Below, piece after piece: positions 63,085 through 64,000 of a stretch of DNA of 64,000 nucleotides (the first letter of the stretch is position 1; each line of letters opens with the position of its first letter). The notes under the pieces were generated by a model. The model was not told where the DNA came from, did no database searches, and worked only from the letters and a program-made list of their open reading frames with translations. The stretch covers positions 54,510,464 through 54,574,463 of the forward strand of contig NC_043011.1 in assembly GCF_006345805.1 (NCBI RefSeq). Reading direction: 5' to 3'. The stretch comes from Octopus sinensis. Lineage: Eukaryota. Made by a program: the position numbers and the translations under genes.

Positions 63085-64000
63085 TGAAATAATTAAAATG
63101 ATATTGGTTATTAAGTTAAAATTATTTCTTGTAGACCACATAATTATTTCGTCTTAAATCTTTGATGGTCGTTATATCAAATATATTTAACATTAAAATT
63201 ACATTTAGTTTCCCGTTGTTGCTACGTAAAATTCCACCAGAAGCGGCTGGAAGTATCATTACAGCAGGGCTTAAGAGAGGGAGAGAGAGAGTTCGACAAA
63301 TATCAATGATTAAAGATTGACAGTTCCATGAATGAAAGCAGACGGTCTATGGACATGCAGAGATGATACGGACAGTCTACAGTCATATAGACAGACAAAG
63401 ACAGATAGACATATCGACAGAAAGGCAGATAGGCTATAAACAAACTACAGCCATGCAGAAACAGCCAAACACAGTGTTTAGACATGCAACGATAGAAGTC
63501 TACAAGCAGTTTCCAATCAGACAGACAGACAGACAGTCTGTAGACCTGCAGAGACAGACAGACAGTCTAAAGACCTGCAGATAGACAAATATCAGCAGTA
63601 ATTAATAACAGCAGTGGGGAAAAGAAGAGGGATCGAAGGGTGGAGTGGATGGATGGGTTATTGTATTCATTGAGTGACGGTGTGGCGTACAGAAGAAACG
63701 AAGGGCAAAAATAAACGAAATATCAAATACATCGTTGGTAAACGGAATGGCTAAATTATGTACCGGCGGGAATGATCTCATTGTTTGGATAAAGGAACGA
63801 TTATTGTAATAAAAACATAGGAGGTGCAGCAGGAGTAAGGATTACATTGGCTGGGCAAAGCAAAGATGGCAAGGATATCGTCAGTGAGTAAAGCAACAAA
63901 AGTAAGGAACGTGTCGATAGAGCAACAATGATAAGGATCGCGTGAGTGGATGGAGCAACAATGGTAAGGATTACGTTGATGGGTGAAGTAACAACGGTAA

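Overview
Repeat-dense eukaryotic DNA. The SINE/LINE and microsatellite content suggests an octopus or other coleoid cephalopod (inference; no database search was possible). I found no supportable host protein-coding exon, so the window is probably intergenic or intronic, and almost all ORFs in the supplied track are microsatellite or transposon-derived. The main coding element is a near-complete RTE-clade LINE (about 27.9-31.7 kb; AP endonuclease plus reverse transcriptase). It has two 1-nt frameshifts and a C4HC3 PHD-like finger inserted inside the RT. Around it are truncated copies of its 3' UTR, several tRNA-derived SINE families with interchangeable tails, Tc1 and mariner relics, piggyBac- and hAT-type MITEs, Tx1, CR1, HERO-like and CRE-like LINE fragments, and several minisatellites. 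The most interesting signal is non-coding: up to five unrelated sequence families carry type I hammerhead-ribozyme motifs (1654-1708 and 43003-43051; 27349-27442; 60453-60498; degenerate at 5483-5527 and near 62770 and 63032). Most sit in or beside fold-back palindromes, several next to (TA)n tracts, which is the architecture of Penelope-like pseudo-LTRs or retrozymes. One family joins a tRNA-like Pol III head to a hammerhead. All alignments and folds were read by eye.
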